Source of the DNA: a virus
Virus record (IMG/VR): IMGVR_UViG_3300030616_000506
Location: 64,001-128,000 of that record
Direction: 5' to 3' (one strand)
Length of the DNA: 64,000 nt
The position numbers and the translations under genes were made by a program. This document shows, in pieces, positions 42,189 through 51,928 of the stretch (its first letter is position 1; each line of letters opens with the position of its first letter). The notes below the pieces were generated by a model. It saw only the letters and a program-made list of their open reading frames with translations, was not told the DNA's origin and did no database searches.

Positions 42189-43105
42189 AATATATCCTCT
42201 ATTCTTATGTCGGTATCATATTTACAATCTTTATATAAACAATATCCTAAGTTTTTTAAAGTTTTACAAGAGTGTGGTACATATTGATTACTATCTATAT
42301 GTTCTATCTGCCATCTTGTTTTACCTTCATCAAAATCATCCCAACCAAAGGATTCAGCTTCATCTATTATTTCATCCATAGACCATCCTTCTGCTAATTT
42401 AAGAATAGCCCATGAAAATCTTATAACTTGATGGGGTTCAAACTTACCTCTTGGATGATTTTTATACCAATATTCTTTATTTTTAATTAAATTCTCTATA
42501 CAGGGGTACTTATGATAACTCCTAAAGGTAGACATGGGAGTATAGGGCTCATAGTCCTTTTCATATTTAATAGTAGTTAAATTATTTAAATCTAATGATA
42601 AACCTTCATTATAGGCTAACACCTTACAGATACCTCCTCTTATATTATAGGTTCCTGGTATCCTCATTAATCTTCTTATATCTCCCATTATTTGACTATC
42701 AACTGTCTTAAGCTTAAGCATATCACTAATCATATTCTGAACATCCTTTATCTGTCTTTTAGAGTAAGGCTTTAATTCAGTTACCATAAACACATGGAAA
42801 CCCTTTCTACCTGAAAAGGTTAGATAAGATGAATAATTATTCTCTATACAGAAATTATATAGTTTACTAGCATCATCCCATGCTTCCCTTAAATCTTCTG
42901 AGTCAAAGTCAAATGGTAAGAATAATAAATGTGGTAATCCATCTTTATATGTACAGATAGATATAGCTAAATTATCTAGAGCCAAATGCTCTTCTATTAT
43001 ATTTACTATTTCTTTCTTAGATGATACTGGAACTTGATTACCGTAGTTCTCTCCATAGAACCCAACAAACCGTGTTCCAAATGGTATATCTAATAAATCA
43101 ATCAT
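42185..43105 (-). CDS. archaeo-eukaryotic primase, PriS fused to PriL Fe-S domain
   Basis: FDFD, SGRKGFH, RLMRIPGT; C-terminal YPCI..SCKTL..GYC..C. Confidence 0.82.
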   Translation of the reverse strand: MIDLLDIPFGTRFVGFYGENYGNQVPVSSKKEIVNIIEEHLALDNLAISICTYKDGLPHLLFLPFDFDSEDLREAWDDASKLYNFCIENNYSSYLTFSGRKGFHVFMVTELKPYSKRQIKDVQNMISDMLKLKTVDSQIMGDIRRLMRIPGTYNIRGGICKVLAYNEGLSLDLNNLTTIKYEKDYEPYTPMSTFRSYHKYPCIENLIKNKEYWYKNHPRGKFEPHQVIRFSWAILKLAEGWSMDEIIDEAESFGWDDFDEGKTRWQIEHIDSNQYVPHSCKTLKNLGYCLYKDCKYDTDIRIEDIL

Positions 43106-43733
43106 TCTTCCTCTAAATTAAATTTCTCTTTCAAGAAGTTTATTATATCAGTATCTCTATGGTCTCTTAACTCTTCTATCCATTCTCTAGCTAATTCTCT
43201 TAAGTCATCTGGGAATATAATTGTAGTTGTAAGTGAATCTTCTATATCTTTAAGAGTTCTACTCATCTTCATATTCTCCTTTTCTAATTATATCCTTAAT
43301 AGTAACTCTAGCCCAAGCAAACTTATCTCCTCTTACTTTAGCTCTTAAGAAATGCCATAAGCAAAGATAATGCCAACCTTTTTTAAACTTAGGATATTCT
43401 CCATATTTTGTTTTCTGTGTTTTTATATTTCCCCTTTTATCTAATTCAAATGGAAATATTTCAGCAAAGGGTATTCTATGACATGTTCCTTCCCAATCAC
43501 ACTTAAATATGGAGTTCTTATCTTTATTTTTAATCATGGTGAAAACTCATATAATAAATTCCAAATAGCACAATATTTACCGTTAGCTACTTCCTTCTTA
43601 GCTCTTGCATATAATTCTTCCCAATTATCTGAATACACTGAATTTCCTATTCTATTTTCATCATCTATTATTTCCATCATATACTTCTCATCCTTATAAG
43701 CTTTTAGTCTATATTTTTCTCTTTCATATTTTC

Positions 43734-43988
43734 TCATAATCTATTCACCATTATCCAATCCTTAAGATTGCTTAAGGTCTTTATTGTTCCATTAAATAAA
43801 TCATCTATATTAAGACTATCCAAATCTAGATTAAAGTTAATTTGTTCACCACCTTCAAGAATAACTTCCATGTTAGTTATTCTATCGGCATCTCCAGTAG
43901 AAATATTTAGACACTTAATTTTTATCTCTTGAGTTATTTCTATTGATTTAACTCCCTCTATATTGTGGGATCTTATTATAGATGTCAT
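43734..43988 (-). CDS. C-terminally tagged small protein (group B)
   Basis: Ends LKDWIMVNRL. Confidence 0.6.
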   Translation of the reverse strand: MTSIIRSHNIEGVKSIEITQEIKIKCLNISTGDADRITNMEVILEGGEQINFNLDLDSLNIDDLFNGTIKTLSNLKDWIMVNRL

Positions 43989-44305
43989 AATCTAATCACA
44001 AATAATCTATCCTTTAAATCTTCTAGGAGTATCTTATTATATCCCTCTTCTAATAGAGTTTCTACTTCACTCTTTTTTATACTAAAGTTCTGAGTAATCA
44101 AATACTCTTCCTCATCCTTAGAGTAAGTTTGACCATAAGTAGGTATATTTAGAGATGTACTACTAATTGTATAGTATCCAGATGATGTCCCTGCCCAATT
44201 GGTTCCTGAATAAGATCTGGCTCCTCCACCCTGATCTATTTCTTGTAGAGCTTTATATAAATATACATATCCATCAATCAATACATTCTCAAGAATACTT
44301 TTCAT
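43985..44305 (-). CDS. C-terminally tagged small protein (group B)
   Basis: Ends GYNKILLEDLKDRLFVIRL. Confidence 0.6.
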   Translation of the reverse strand: MKSILENVLIDGYVYLYKALQEIDQGGGARSYSGTNWAGTSSGYYTISSTSLNIPTYGQTYSKDEEEYLITQNFSIKKSEVETLLEEGYNKILLEDLKDRLFVIRL

Positions 44306-44529
44306 AATCTCTCAACTGCTATTAAATCTTTTAATTGCTCAAGAGTTACTTTTTTATAACCTTGTCTTATGAGACGTTCAATCTCTCTTGAATCCAACCA
44401 GAATAGATTATTAACTAATATATTCCAGGATGATACAGTCCAATCTCCATAATCACTAGTATACTTTACGTTCTTAATTAGTTCAGATAGATCTATTATT
44501 GTCTCGGACGAATTCTTTGATTCTATCAT
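44302..44529 (-). CDS. C-terminally tagged small protein (group B)
   Basis: Ends GYKKVTLEQLKDLIAVERL; C-terminus paralogous to 43985..44305. Confidence 0.6.
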   Translation of the reverse strand: MIESKNSSETIIDLSELIKNVKYTSDYGDWTVSSWNILVNNLFWLDSREIERLIRQGYKKVTLEQLKDLIAVERL

Positions 44530-45154
44530 GTAGCTTCTCCAGGATGATAACGTCCTTCTTATTATGATCTAATATATAATCTAATGCTTTCTTATCTCCA
44601 GATAAAGCTTTAATCCAGTGTATACTCTCTATATGAGTTTTACCCACTATACCAAGATGCTTACAAGCTGATTCTAATCTATTACTATGTAGACACATCT
44701 TAGCTCTTACCATATACCAAATATCTTTATGATGTAGTTCACCGTACATTGGAAATTCTAAATCCCAATACATGGCTCTAGTTCTTATAAAGGGTATATC
44801 AAATTTAGTTGAGTAGTATCCCATAACTACATCAAACTTTTTCATATCTGTTATACAGTCTTTAACTAATCTCTTATCTAGAGTTCCATTCTCTATCTCT
44901 TTTTTAGTTATAACTCCTGTATGTATTTTCTTGGAGCCTCTTTCCTTTATACAGTAAGATAACATAATACCAAAGTTAGCCTTTAGATTAGATGTCTCAA
45001 TATCTAGATATCCTATCTTTATATTATCTTCCTTCTCCTCTATATAACATGCTGGATGTTCAGCATATGTATGGCCGTGTTTGCATCTACCCCTAAATAA
45101 ATCAAGAAGCTCCGCTTTCTTCATTATAAAGGGATTAAATTTTTCTTTTGTCAT
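44483..45154 (-). CDS. RNase H-like (DEDD) 3'-5' exonuclease
   Basis: YLDIET, KFDIPFI, HNKKDV. Confidence 0.8.
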   Translation of the reverse strand: MTKEKFNPFIMKKAELLDLFRGRCKHGHTYAEHPACYIEEKEDNIKIGYLDIETSNLKANFGIMLSYCIKERGSKKIHTGVITKKEIENGTLDKRLVKDCITDMKKFDVVMGYYSTKFDIPFIRTRAMYWDLEFPMYGELHHKDIWYMVRAKMCLHSNRLESACKHLGIVGKTHIESIHWIKALSGDKKALDYILDHNKKDVIILEKLHDRIKEFVRDNNRSI

Positions 45155-45636
45155 TATTTTTTGTTTCTCCTTTTTATATTTTTCTTTTTATTTTTTAATA
45201 ATCTTTCTCTTATAAATCTATAAATAACTAATCCTGATAATACTGATCCAATCATACACCATCCTAATCCATATTGATGGAATATATAATATGCACCAGA
45301 AAAGCTAATTGAAGTTGAACTTAAAAACAGTCCAAATGCTACATCATTTCTTATCTTTTCCATACAACTTCATCCAAGTGTATTCCTTGCCCTGACAAAT
45401 ATCACATATATGTTTCTTTTTATTTTCATCTTGTAAGTATCCTAGACCACCACATCTAATACACTCTACCTTAACAAAATCTGGTCTAAGTTCATATAAT
45501 TCTTCTGCTAATTTAATTAATGAATCTTGTAACTCTTGAGCCTTTATTATAGCTAAGTCTCTTTTTCTTGATACACTTTTAATCTCATCTTCAATATCTT
45601 CTTTAGTTTTTTTATTTACCATAATTTACTCCTGGT

Positions 45637-45679
45637 AGCTAGGTGGAGGATGGGGGGGTTTACATCCTCCTCCTTAGCT
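45637..45679. terminator. GC-rich intergenic stem-loop
   Basis: AGCTAGGTGGAGGATG...CATCCTCCTCCTTAGCT; 8-bp perfect core stem. Confidence 0.45.
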
Positions 45680-45685
45680 TTTAGC

Positions 45686-46261
45686 CTAATTAGGCCATAT
45701 TACTGGATGCCAGTAACTTGCATTATATGTTTCAGATATTAGATTTTCACCATCAGTTACATCAACTCTCCACTTGAATGATACAAGAGTTGGATCATAA
45801 ACAAATGGTCTATCTAATGGTATCTTATTGAAACATACCTTTAAAGCAGTTTCAATATCATCTTCACTTCCAGCTTTTCCAGTTACATCCACTAACTGAA
45901 TCCACTCACAAGTGTTCTCTGCCATCCAATACATTTCTACTTTTACTACATCTTCCTCAGGATCTGTAATCCATACACATAGTTGAGTACCATCATATTC
46001 TTGTTGTGGTAACTCTTCTAATAGAGTATAGAATATTATCTCTGGGGGTTCGTTACATTGGCAATCCTCTCCTGGATCACCCTTATCTCCTTTTGGTCCT
46101 GGTGGTCCTTGTTCACCATCAGCACCATCAGCTCCATCCTGACCATCTTCACCAGGAGGGCCTTGTGGTCCATTTGTTCCTTGCGGTAAGAATATACCTA
46201 TTGCACCTAAGATAAGTGCAATAGCTACTAATACTGCAAGGATCTTTTCTGTTGTGTTCAT
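45686..46261 (-). CDS. membrane-anchored collagen-like protein
   Basis: N-terminal hydrophobic helix, about 12 Gly-X-Y triplets. Confidence 0.8.
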   Translation of the reverse strand: MNTTEKILAVLVAIALILGAIGIFLPQGTNGPQGPPGEDGQDGADGADGEQGPPGPKGDKGDPGEDCQCNEPPEIIFYTLLEELPQQEYDGTQLCVWITDPEEDVVKVEMYWMAENTCEWIQLVDVTGKAGSEDDIETALKVCFNKIPLDRPFVYDPTLVSFKWRVDVTDGENLISETYNASYWHPVIWPN

Positions 46262-46285
46262 ATTAGTTTCTCCTTAATATTTTTA

Positions 46286-46726
46286 TTATAACTCATCTAC
46301 AAATACTTTATCTTTAAATTCTTCGTATGACATATTCTCTGGTGGTCCATACTCTTCTTTAATATTAGAATAAGTTTCATAAGATACCTTATGAGCTCCA
46401 TCAGTAAACTTTACTGGTGGAAATGGTTCTAAATATTTTACTTTAAATGTAGCATTACAAGTACAATTTCCATTTACATCTACATTCATATCAAAGGAAG
46501 ATACCAAACAGTCTTTAGCTATATAACAATCTCCATCATTTAAATCTATAGATAGATCCATTTCTGATTGATTACTCAGTTTATTTATATCATTTGAATT
46601 TGGTATAAATTCTAACTCTAGATCTATATCCTTATAACCAAGTGCATAAGTTGGATCTGAGCTTGTAACTGAATAATATGTATTCAAATTATTATTATAA
46701 GTTAGTTTAGTAGCTTGTATCTTCAA
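46286..46726 (-). CDS. C-terminally tagged protein (group B); N-terminus tail-tube-like
   Basis: VKFTDG..., ends FKDKVFVDEL. Confidence 0.55.
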   Translation of the reverse strand: MKIQATKLTYNNNLNTYYSVTSSDPTYALGYKDIDLELEFIPNSNDINKLSNQSEMDLSIDLNDGDCYIAKDCLVSSFDMNVDVNGNCTCNATFKVKYLEPFPPVKFTDGAHKVSYETYSNIKEEYGPPENMSYEEFKDKVFVDEL

Positions 46727-47355
46727 TTAAGAGTCTCCATTATCTTTTCCGCTAACTTCTTTCCTATTCCATCTACTTTCTGTAAATCAACTAAATTAGC
46801 ATTAGCTATATTTCTTGGAGATCCAAAGTGTTTCAATAAAGACTTTGCCTTTGTAATAGATACTCCCTCTATTGCCGTTAAACAGTTTTCCTTTCTCATC
46901 TGAATTGATTTAGCTCTACGCATCTGAGGAGCTGGTCTTTCTGATTTACCATTCTCATGTATCTTTTTATCCAAGCTAACCACATAACTTATAAATTCTT
47001 CCTCATCTTGAAGAAACATAATCTTTAATTTTGGATATTTAGTTGTTAGGGTGGTTAGAGTACCTAGATAACTTCTATGGATATATCTACTTCTACTAAA
47101 GTAAAATGTTTTCCAAAGATCTTGCAATGTTATACATAATATAGGATGATCATACTGTGAAAGATTATTAAGTTGTTCATAAAGACGATTACTCTGAATG
47201 GAAGATATTAGATCCTTATCCTTCCTTTCAATAGCATATCCATTATCTAGGAGATAATCTCCTACTTCTATAAAGTCAGTTTTAACTTCTAACTTTTTAT
47301 TCTTTAATGAATTAATTATATGAGAGGGTTCTCTCGAATCAACTATTATTGTCAT
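46723..47355 (-). CDS. ERCC4/XPF structure-specific endonuclease with HhH2
   Basis: IVDSRE, GDY, IERK, EGVS..GIG HhH motifs. Confidence 0.9.
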   Translation of the reverse strand: MTIIVDSREPSHIINSLKNKKLEVKTDFIEVGDYLLDNGYAIERKDKDLISSIQSNRLYEQLNNLSQYDHPILCITLQDLWKTFYFSRSRYIHRSYLGTLTTLTTKYPKLKIMFLQDEEEFISYVVSLDKKIHENGKSERPAPQMRRAKSIQMRKENCLTAIEGVSITKAKSLLKHFGSPRNIANANLVDLQKVDGIGKKLAEKIMETLN

Positions 47356-47606
47356 TTAATTTAGTGGCTATACTTGATACATCTGACATAAATTTCTTAA
47401 CTGCTTTAGTGAACTCTATCATCTCCTTTGGGGATAGATTCATTAGCATATCATAGAAATATTTCTCATCTCTCATCTTTTTTCCAAACATTTTAATTTT
47501 CTCCTAAACTTTTAAAAAGTCCTCTCAGAATCGATTTAAAGGGGTCATACAAGGCCGTGAAGGCAATATCTTTTTTTACTGGACCCTTACCATTCGTAAA
47601 CATACT

Positions 47607-48023
47607 CTACTCCTGTTGAGCCTCAAATTCCTCTTCGTGAGCGGCTTTATAATCGCTCAATAATTTATCGTAATTTTTCAACACAAATTTGCTAGTATTA
47701 TTATCATATATTATCTCTATATTATCTCCATACTTTGTAGATTTTGTATACATTCTATAACCTCCACTCTTACTCCATCTATATACTATCGGAACTTCTC
47801 CTCCAATTGCTTGTAAATAACCTTCAACTATCTTATCATTATCATTAGGTTCTTTAGTCTCTCTCTTATAGTCACTACTCTTTATTTTATCTCCTGCACC
47901 AAAATCTCCATGCATCACAGCTTTATGTCTCTTTAATATTTTTTCATCATCACTAGTATAATTACATCTATTACACTTGTACTTTCTCTTATATTTCTTA
48001 GCATAATCTTTTAGAGATTTCAT
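47607..48023 (-). CDS. C2H2 zinc-finger protein
   Basis: YKCNRCNY...LKRHKAVMH. Confidence 0.6.
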   Translation of the reverse strand: MKSLKDYAKKYKRKYKCNRCNYTSDDEKILKRHKAVMHGDFGAGDKIKSSDYKRETKEPNDNDKIVEGYLQAIGGEVPIVYRWSKSGGYRMYTKSTKYGDNIEIIYDNNTSKFVLKNYDKLLSDYKAAHEEEFEAQQE

Positions 48024-48310
48024 ATTCTTCGCTTCCTTCTTCCTCTAGCCTTTTTTTTACATTTATGTTTTTTCTTTTTTCTTGTTGCAGGTTTCTTATC
48101 CTTTTTTGGAGGTATTATTACTCTATTCTCATTCTTTTTTAGAATAACTAGATATCCAGCTATTCTATTTCTTAAGGGTTTACTATTTATTTCTGCTATA
48201 GAATCTATATATAGTTTATTAAGATTAAAGTCAGTAGTAATTTTATCTTTATGTTTCTTATAAATTTTATCAGCTAATGATTTAACGTAATATTGTCTAA
48301 CCTTTCCCAT
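48020..48310 (-). CDS. rps17e: ribosomal protein eS17 (S17e) with basic C-terminal tail
   Basis: MGKVR..VK..A..I...TTDFNLNK...SKPLRNRIAGY. Confidence 0.9.
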   Translation of the reverse strand: MGKVRQYYVKSLADKIYKKHKDKITTDFNLNKLYIDSIAEINSKPLRNRIAGYLVILKKNENRVIIPPKKDKKPATRKKKKHKCKKKARGRRKRRI

Positions 48311-48718
48311 GATAAACCTACCGTATTAGATAATACTGGAGCTCCACATCTTGGACATGTTGTTATATGATTGTTAGATTCAAATTCATACCAACAATTA
48401 GGACATACTAACTTCATATAAGATATGCATCCATATACTCTTTATAGCACTTATTACTACAACAGTGATGTATATAGGGATGATTGTAGTCTAAAGATTT
48501 ATATTCTTCTTCGGATATCATAATTTCTTTACTGCAATTTATGCATGTAGTTTTCCTATTTAAAACCTTCCAACAATTTTTACAGGATCTAACATCCCAT
48601 CCTGTACCATGAGCAGGTGCCCATTCTTCAATACACCATGTAGTATCTTTATGTTCACACTTACTTTGTATCTTCTTTAGATTCTCATCATACTCATCTT
48701 TTAATTCTTGAGCAGTCT

Positions 48719-49015
48719 TCATAAGGCAATCACCATTAATAAATCTTTAAGATGTTCTTTATCTCTGATACGATTTATATTAAAGTGTTCTCTTAAATTA
48801 AGATAATCTAAATAATCAACTCTCTCACTTGTACCATCTAGAAATTTTATCTCTTCTGTTAGAAAATTTGCTATATATTCATGTAAATTACTTTGTACCA
48901 TTTTAGGATCATATCCCATTTTAGTAACAGTATTAATGGCAGCAACAAGTTCATCTACTGTAACTCCACTTGAAGCTGCTATAGTTGACATCTTAACTAT
49001 TTGTTTTTTATTCAT
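48719..49015 (-). CDS. C-terminally tagged protein (group B); tape-measure-like N-terminal segment
   Basis: Start reassigned to ATG overlapping radA stop; IKFLDG..., ends LKDLLMVIAL. Confidence 0.55.
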   Translation of the reverse strand: MNKKQIVKMSTIAASSGVTVDELVAAINTVTKMGYDPKMVQSNLHEYIANFLTEEIKFLDGTSERVDYLDYLNLREHFNINRIRDKEHLKDLLMVIAL

Positions 49016-50054
49016 CACAGAAACCAAAGTCCTTTTTAAGTCTAACTGGATATAGCTGATCATCTTGTGGGACATCCGGTCTCCTAAGTAGCTTGATTCT
49101 TCTAGTTTCATTTCCCCATCCAGTTTCTGTTTGTAATTTCTTGGGTGCATCTATAAATTCTAGTGCATACTTTGAATTATAAAGTACAGGATTACCACCA
49201 TAAGGTTTACCTAGATCTCTACCAAATGGCATAACTGGATTGATACTAGCATGATGATTAACAACTACCGCTATATTATATCTAGCCGCTATATCATATA
49301 GTTTACCGTATAGTCTCTGCATTAACTCTGCTCTAGAGGGTAAGTTCTGTGTATTGGATCCTACTGAATCTTTTACTGGTTTAGTGAAAGAATCTATTAT
49401 TATCATTGAGGTTTCTTCCAACTCCTTCTCCTTAAGTTTAGGAGTACAGTTAGTAAACTTTAATGTATATTTACCATTTTTAGATATCTCATCTGTAACT
49501 ATATATCCAAACAATTGGAACATTTTTTGGTAGGATTTTAATTGAATGTCTCCCATTGTATGTATAACTTTATATTTGTCATCTATTGTTTTCTTATCTA
49601 ATCCCCATCTATCCATAAACTTATACTGAATAGCTCTAACATCATATGTCCTTAATCCTTCTGTCTCTATAAGAATTGTATTGTTTCCTGTTTCAGCTAT
49701 ATTAGCTAAACCTACTTGATGACCAAATAGTGATTTACCGGCAGTTGGTTCTCCATATATAGAAGTAACTATTCCATAGGGTACTCCTCCTCCAAGTAAT
49801 TCATCTACCTTATTACATCCAGTTGCTATAAAGTTTAATTTTTTCTTAACCATTTTATCATACTCCAAATTATTTATTAGATGAATAATATGCTTACAAC
49901 TCTTTCCTTCCTTACTAAATATATAGGAAGGACAGGTACACCACGATCTACAAAGTTCGGAGTCAGCACAGGTTATATATTCCTTACCACTATCTCCTAC
50001 TATAATAGCTCTGGCTATACCTAGATTATCATATTGTAAGCTCTTTATTATCAT
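49008..50054 (-). CDS. RadA/RecA-family ATPase with N-terminal SWIM zinc finger
   Basis: CTCPSY..CKH; GCNKVDELLGGG, GEPTAGKS, IIIDS, PYGG. Confidence 0.85.
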   Translation of the reverse strand: MIIKSLQYDNLGIARAIIVGDSGKEYITCADSELCRSWCTCPSYIFSKEGKSCKHIIHLINNLEYDKMVKKKLNFIATGCNKVDELLGGGVPYGIVTSIYGEPTAGKSLFGHQVGLANIAETGNNTILIETEGLRTYDVRAIQYKFMDRWGLDKKTIDDKYKVIHTMGDIQLKSYQKMFQLFGYIVTDEISKNGKYTLKFTNCTPKLKEKELEETSMIIIDSFTKPVKDSVGSNTQNLPSRAELMQRLYGKLYDIAARYNIAVVVNHHASINPVMPFGRDLGKPYGGNPVLYNSKYALEFIDAPKKLQTETGWGNETRRIKLLRRPDVPQDDQLYPVRLKKDFGFCDE

Positions 50055-50959
50055 ACTAATTTAAATAGATCCTCTATAAGAGTATCGGGATTAACAGTTA
50101 GAGTAACTCCCATAAATCCTGGATGACCATCAACTATAAGATATTCTAGATGTTTAAGTTTATCTCTCCAATAACAAGCTAAATCTCCTCTAAGAGATCC
50201 ACTGCCTGTTTTTCTATTAATGGCCATAACTGTTTTACCACTGAGAGAACCACTCATACTCGATGATACATATCCTGACATTCGATAGTCGCTATCAAAA
50301 ATAAATACCGCTAGATTATCAAACTCATAACTATCTGACTGTTTAATTATATTCTCAAATTCCTTTTTAACATCTATCTTGGATGCTATAGCCTTCATTG
50401 AGTTTAATACATTAAAAGGACCTTGTGAATATTTGACTAAATTTAATGCATCATTAAATAATCTTTTTCTCAGAAGTGAATTAACGTATGATGATAACAA
50501 CTTATAAACTGGGTAATATGATATTTTCCAATTACCATACGATTGATAGGATGATGTCTTTACCTTTGCTAATAATTGTGGACACTGTTCAAATACTTCA
50601 GTTGGTATAAGTTCTGGTTGTCCATCTCCCATTAAACCTATTGCTAGTTTCCACCACTCTGACTTTGGTATATCATCTTTATATTGTCTCCAAGCTATTA
50701 GTGAAGCGGGTACTTCATCTAAAACTGCATTGTATTTTCTATCCTCTCTATGAGGTGTGTGATGATCTATGACATTTATTCCCTCTTTATTTTGTAGAGG
50801 TCTCATGTCAGTCATCCAATCTCCTTCCTTCATTCCACTTGTATCACCAAATGGTCCATCCCATATCTCTAATTGAGGGTCTTTTATCTCAGGATTAAAG
50901 GATGTGAAATAACCACTTATAATGCCATCTCCATCATGGTGTGATCTGATCATTGTCAT
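50051..50959 (-). CDS. DHH-family phosphoesterase (RecJ-like)
   Basis: HHDGDG, TD, IDHH, GSLR, DGHPGFMG. Confidence 0.75.
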   Translation of the reverse strand: MTMIRSHHDGDGIISGYFTSFNPEIKDPQLEIWDGPFGDTSGMKEGDWMTDMRPLQNKEGINVIDHHTPHREDRKYNAVLDEVPASLIAWRQYKDDIPKSEWWKLAIGLMGDGQPELIPTEVFEQCPQLLAKVKTSSYQSYGNWKISYYPVYKLLSSYVNSLLRKRLFNDALNLVKYSQGPFNVLNSMKAIASKIDVKKEFENIIKQSDSYEFDNLAVFIFDSDYRMSGYVSSSMSGSLSGKTVMAINRKTGSGSLRGDLACYWRDKLKHLEYLIVDGHPGFMGVTLTVNPDTLIEDLFKLV

Positions 50960-51217
50960 CTTTTATCACTCCTATTTAGATGACTTTTTCTTTTTAGTAG
51001 TCTTCTTTACTGTAGTTTTCTTTACAGATTTCTTAAACTCTTTGAGTCTTTTTTCTATAATTTCATTGCATATAGATGATATAGCTTCATAGCAATCATC
51101 ACAAATTGCTAATACTCTTTCACCTGATTTATATGTATGGGGATCATCCCCAGCACTAGCTTCACACATCTTGCAAACGTTAATCTTCTTTCCGAATATT
51201 GTCATAATTGTTTCCTC

Positions 51218-51883
51218 CTATAAGATATAAATAAAATCTCCAGTTACTTTGATTATTTTTTCTTCAACTAACTTTGGTATTAATTTTTCTACATCGCTAG
51301 CTCTTTGATGTGTCACAAAAGATAGATAAGCCAATATATCACTTTTCTTTATACCATCTTCACCCTGATCTTTTTTAGCTTTAAGAGCATCTATTACATT
51401 TTTATCTATAGAAGACTCTTTGCTTGGGGAAGTTGAGGGAGTTTTATCTCCCTCATCCTTACCTATATACTTTATGTTCCAATCCCATTTGCCTATTCTA
51501 TCTATGGTCCAGATAGTTCCAGGAAGATCCTCATTGGATATTTCCTCTCTCTTCATGGCCATAATCATATTTTTCAGAACAGAACTCTTTCTACCTGAAA
51601 AACTATAGACATGAGGAACACCATTTATTAAACATTGAGCTTCAAATTTAGCCCAAGGTTCTCTTACATTCCCACTAAAGTCTAATAATGGGTTTCCATT
51701 TGCATCTGTTACAGGTGGATTCCAGATACGTCCCAGACAATCCTCATCGCCTGGCTCTACTTGGTTGATGCTTGATGTAAAGGTTAATTCTATCTCACCA
51801 GTATCTTCCTTATGGAAGAAGTACTGAGAGCCACCTTCCTTTAAGATGTCATCAAACATGTCGTTTGTTACGGTTTTTGCCAT
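51218..51883 (-). CDS. putative ssDNA-binding protein with C-terminal winged helix
   Basis: Beta-rich N-domain, Ser/Pro linker, wHTH-like end; next to recJ/radA-like genes. Confidence 0.4.
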   Translation of the reverse strand: MAKTVTNDMFDDILKEGGSQYFFHKEDTGEIELTFTSSINQVEPGDEDCLGRIWNPPVTDANGNPLLDFSGNVREPWAKFEAQCLINGVPHVYSFSGRKSSVLKNMIMAMKREEISNEDLPGTIWTIDRIGKWDWNIKYIGKDEGDKTPSTSPSKESSIDKNVIDALKAKKDQGEDGIKKSDILAYLSFVTHQRASDVEKLIPKLVEEKIIKVTGDFIYIL

Positions 51884-51928
51884 ATTTTTCTTTTCTCCTT
51901 TTTTTTATATATTTTTTTTTTATTAAAT

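Noticed and set aside
48719-49150. Long N-terminal extensions in the ORF track (also 34195..34494, 20907..21293, 31850..32152)
   Set aside because: They overlap upstream genes; downstream coupled ATGs give better starts.
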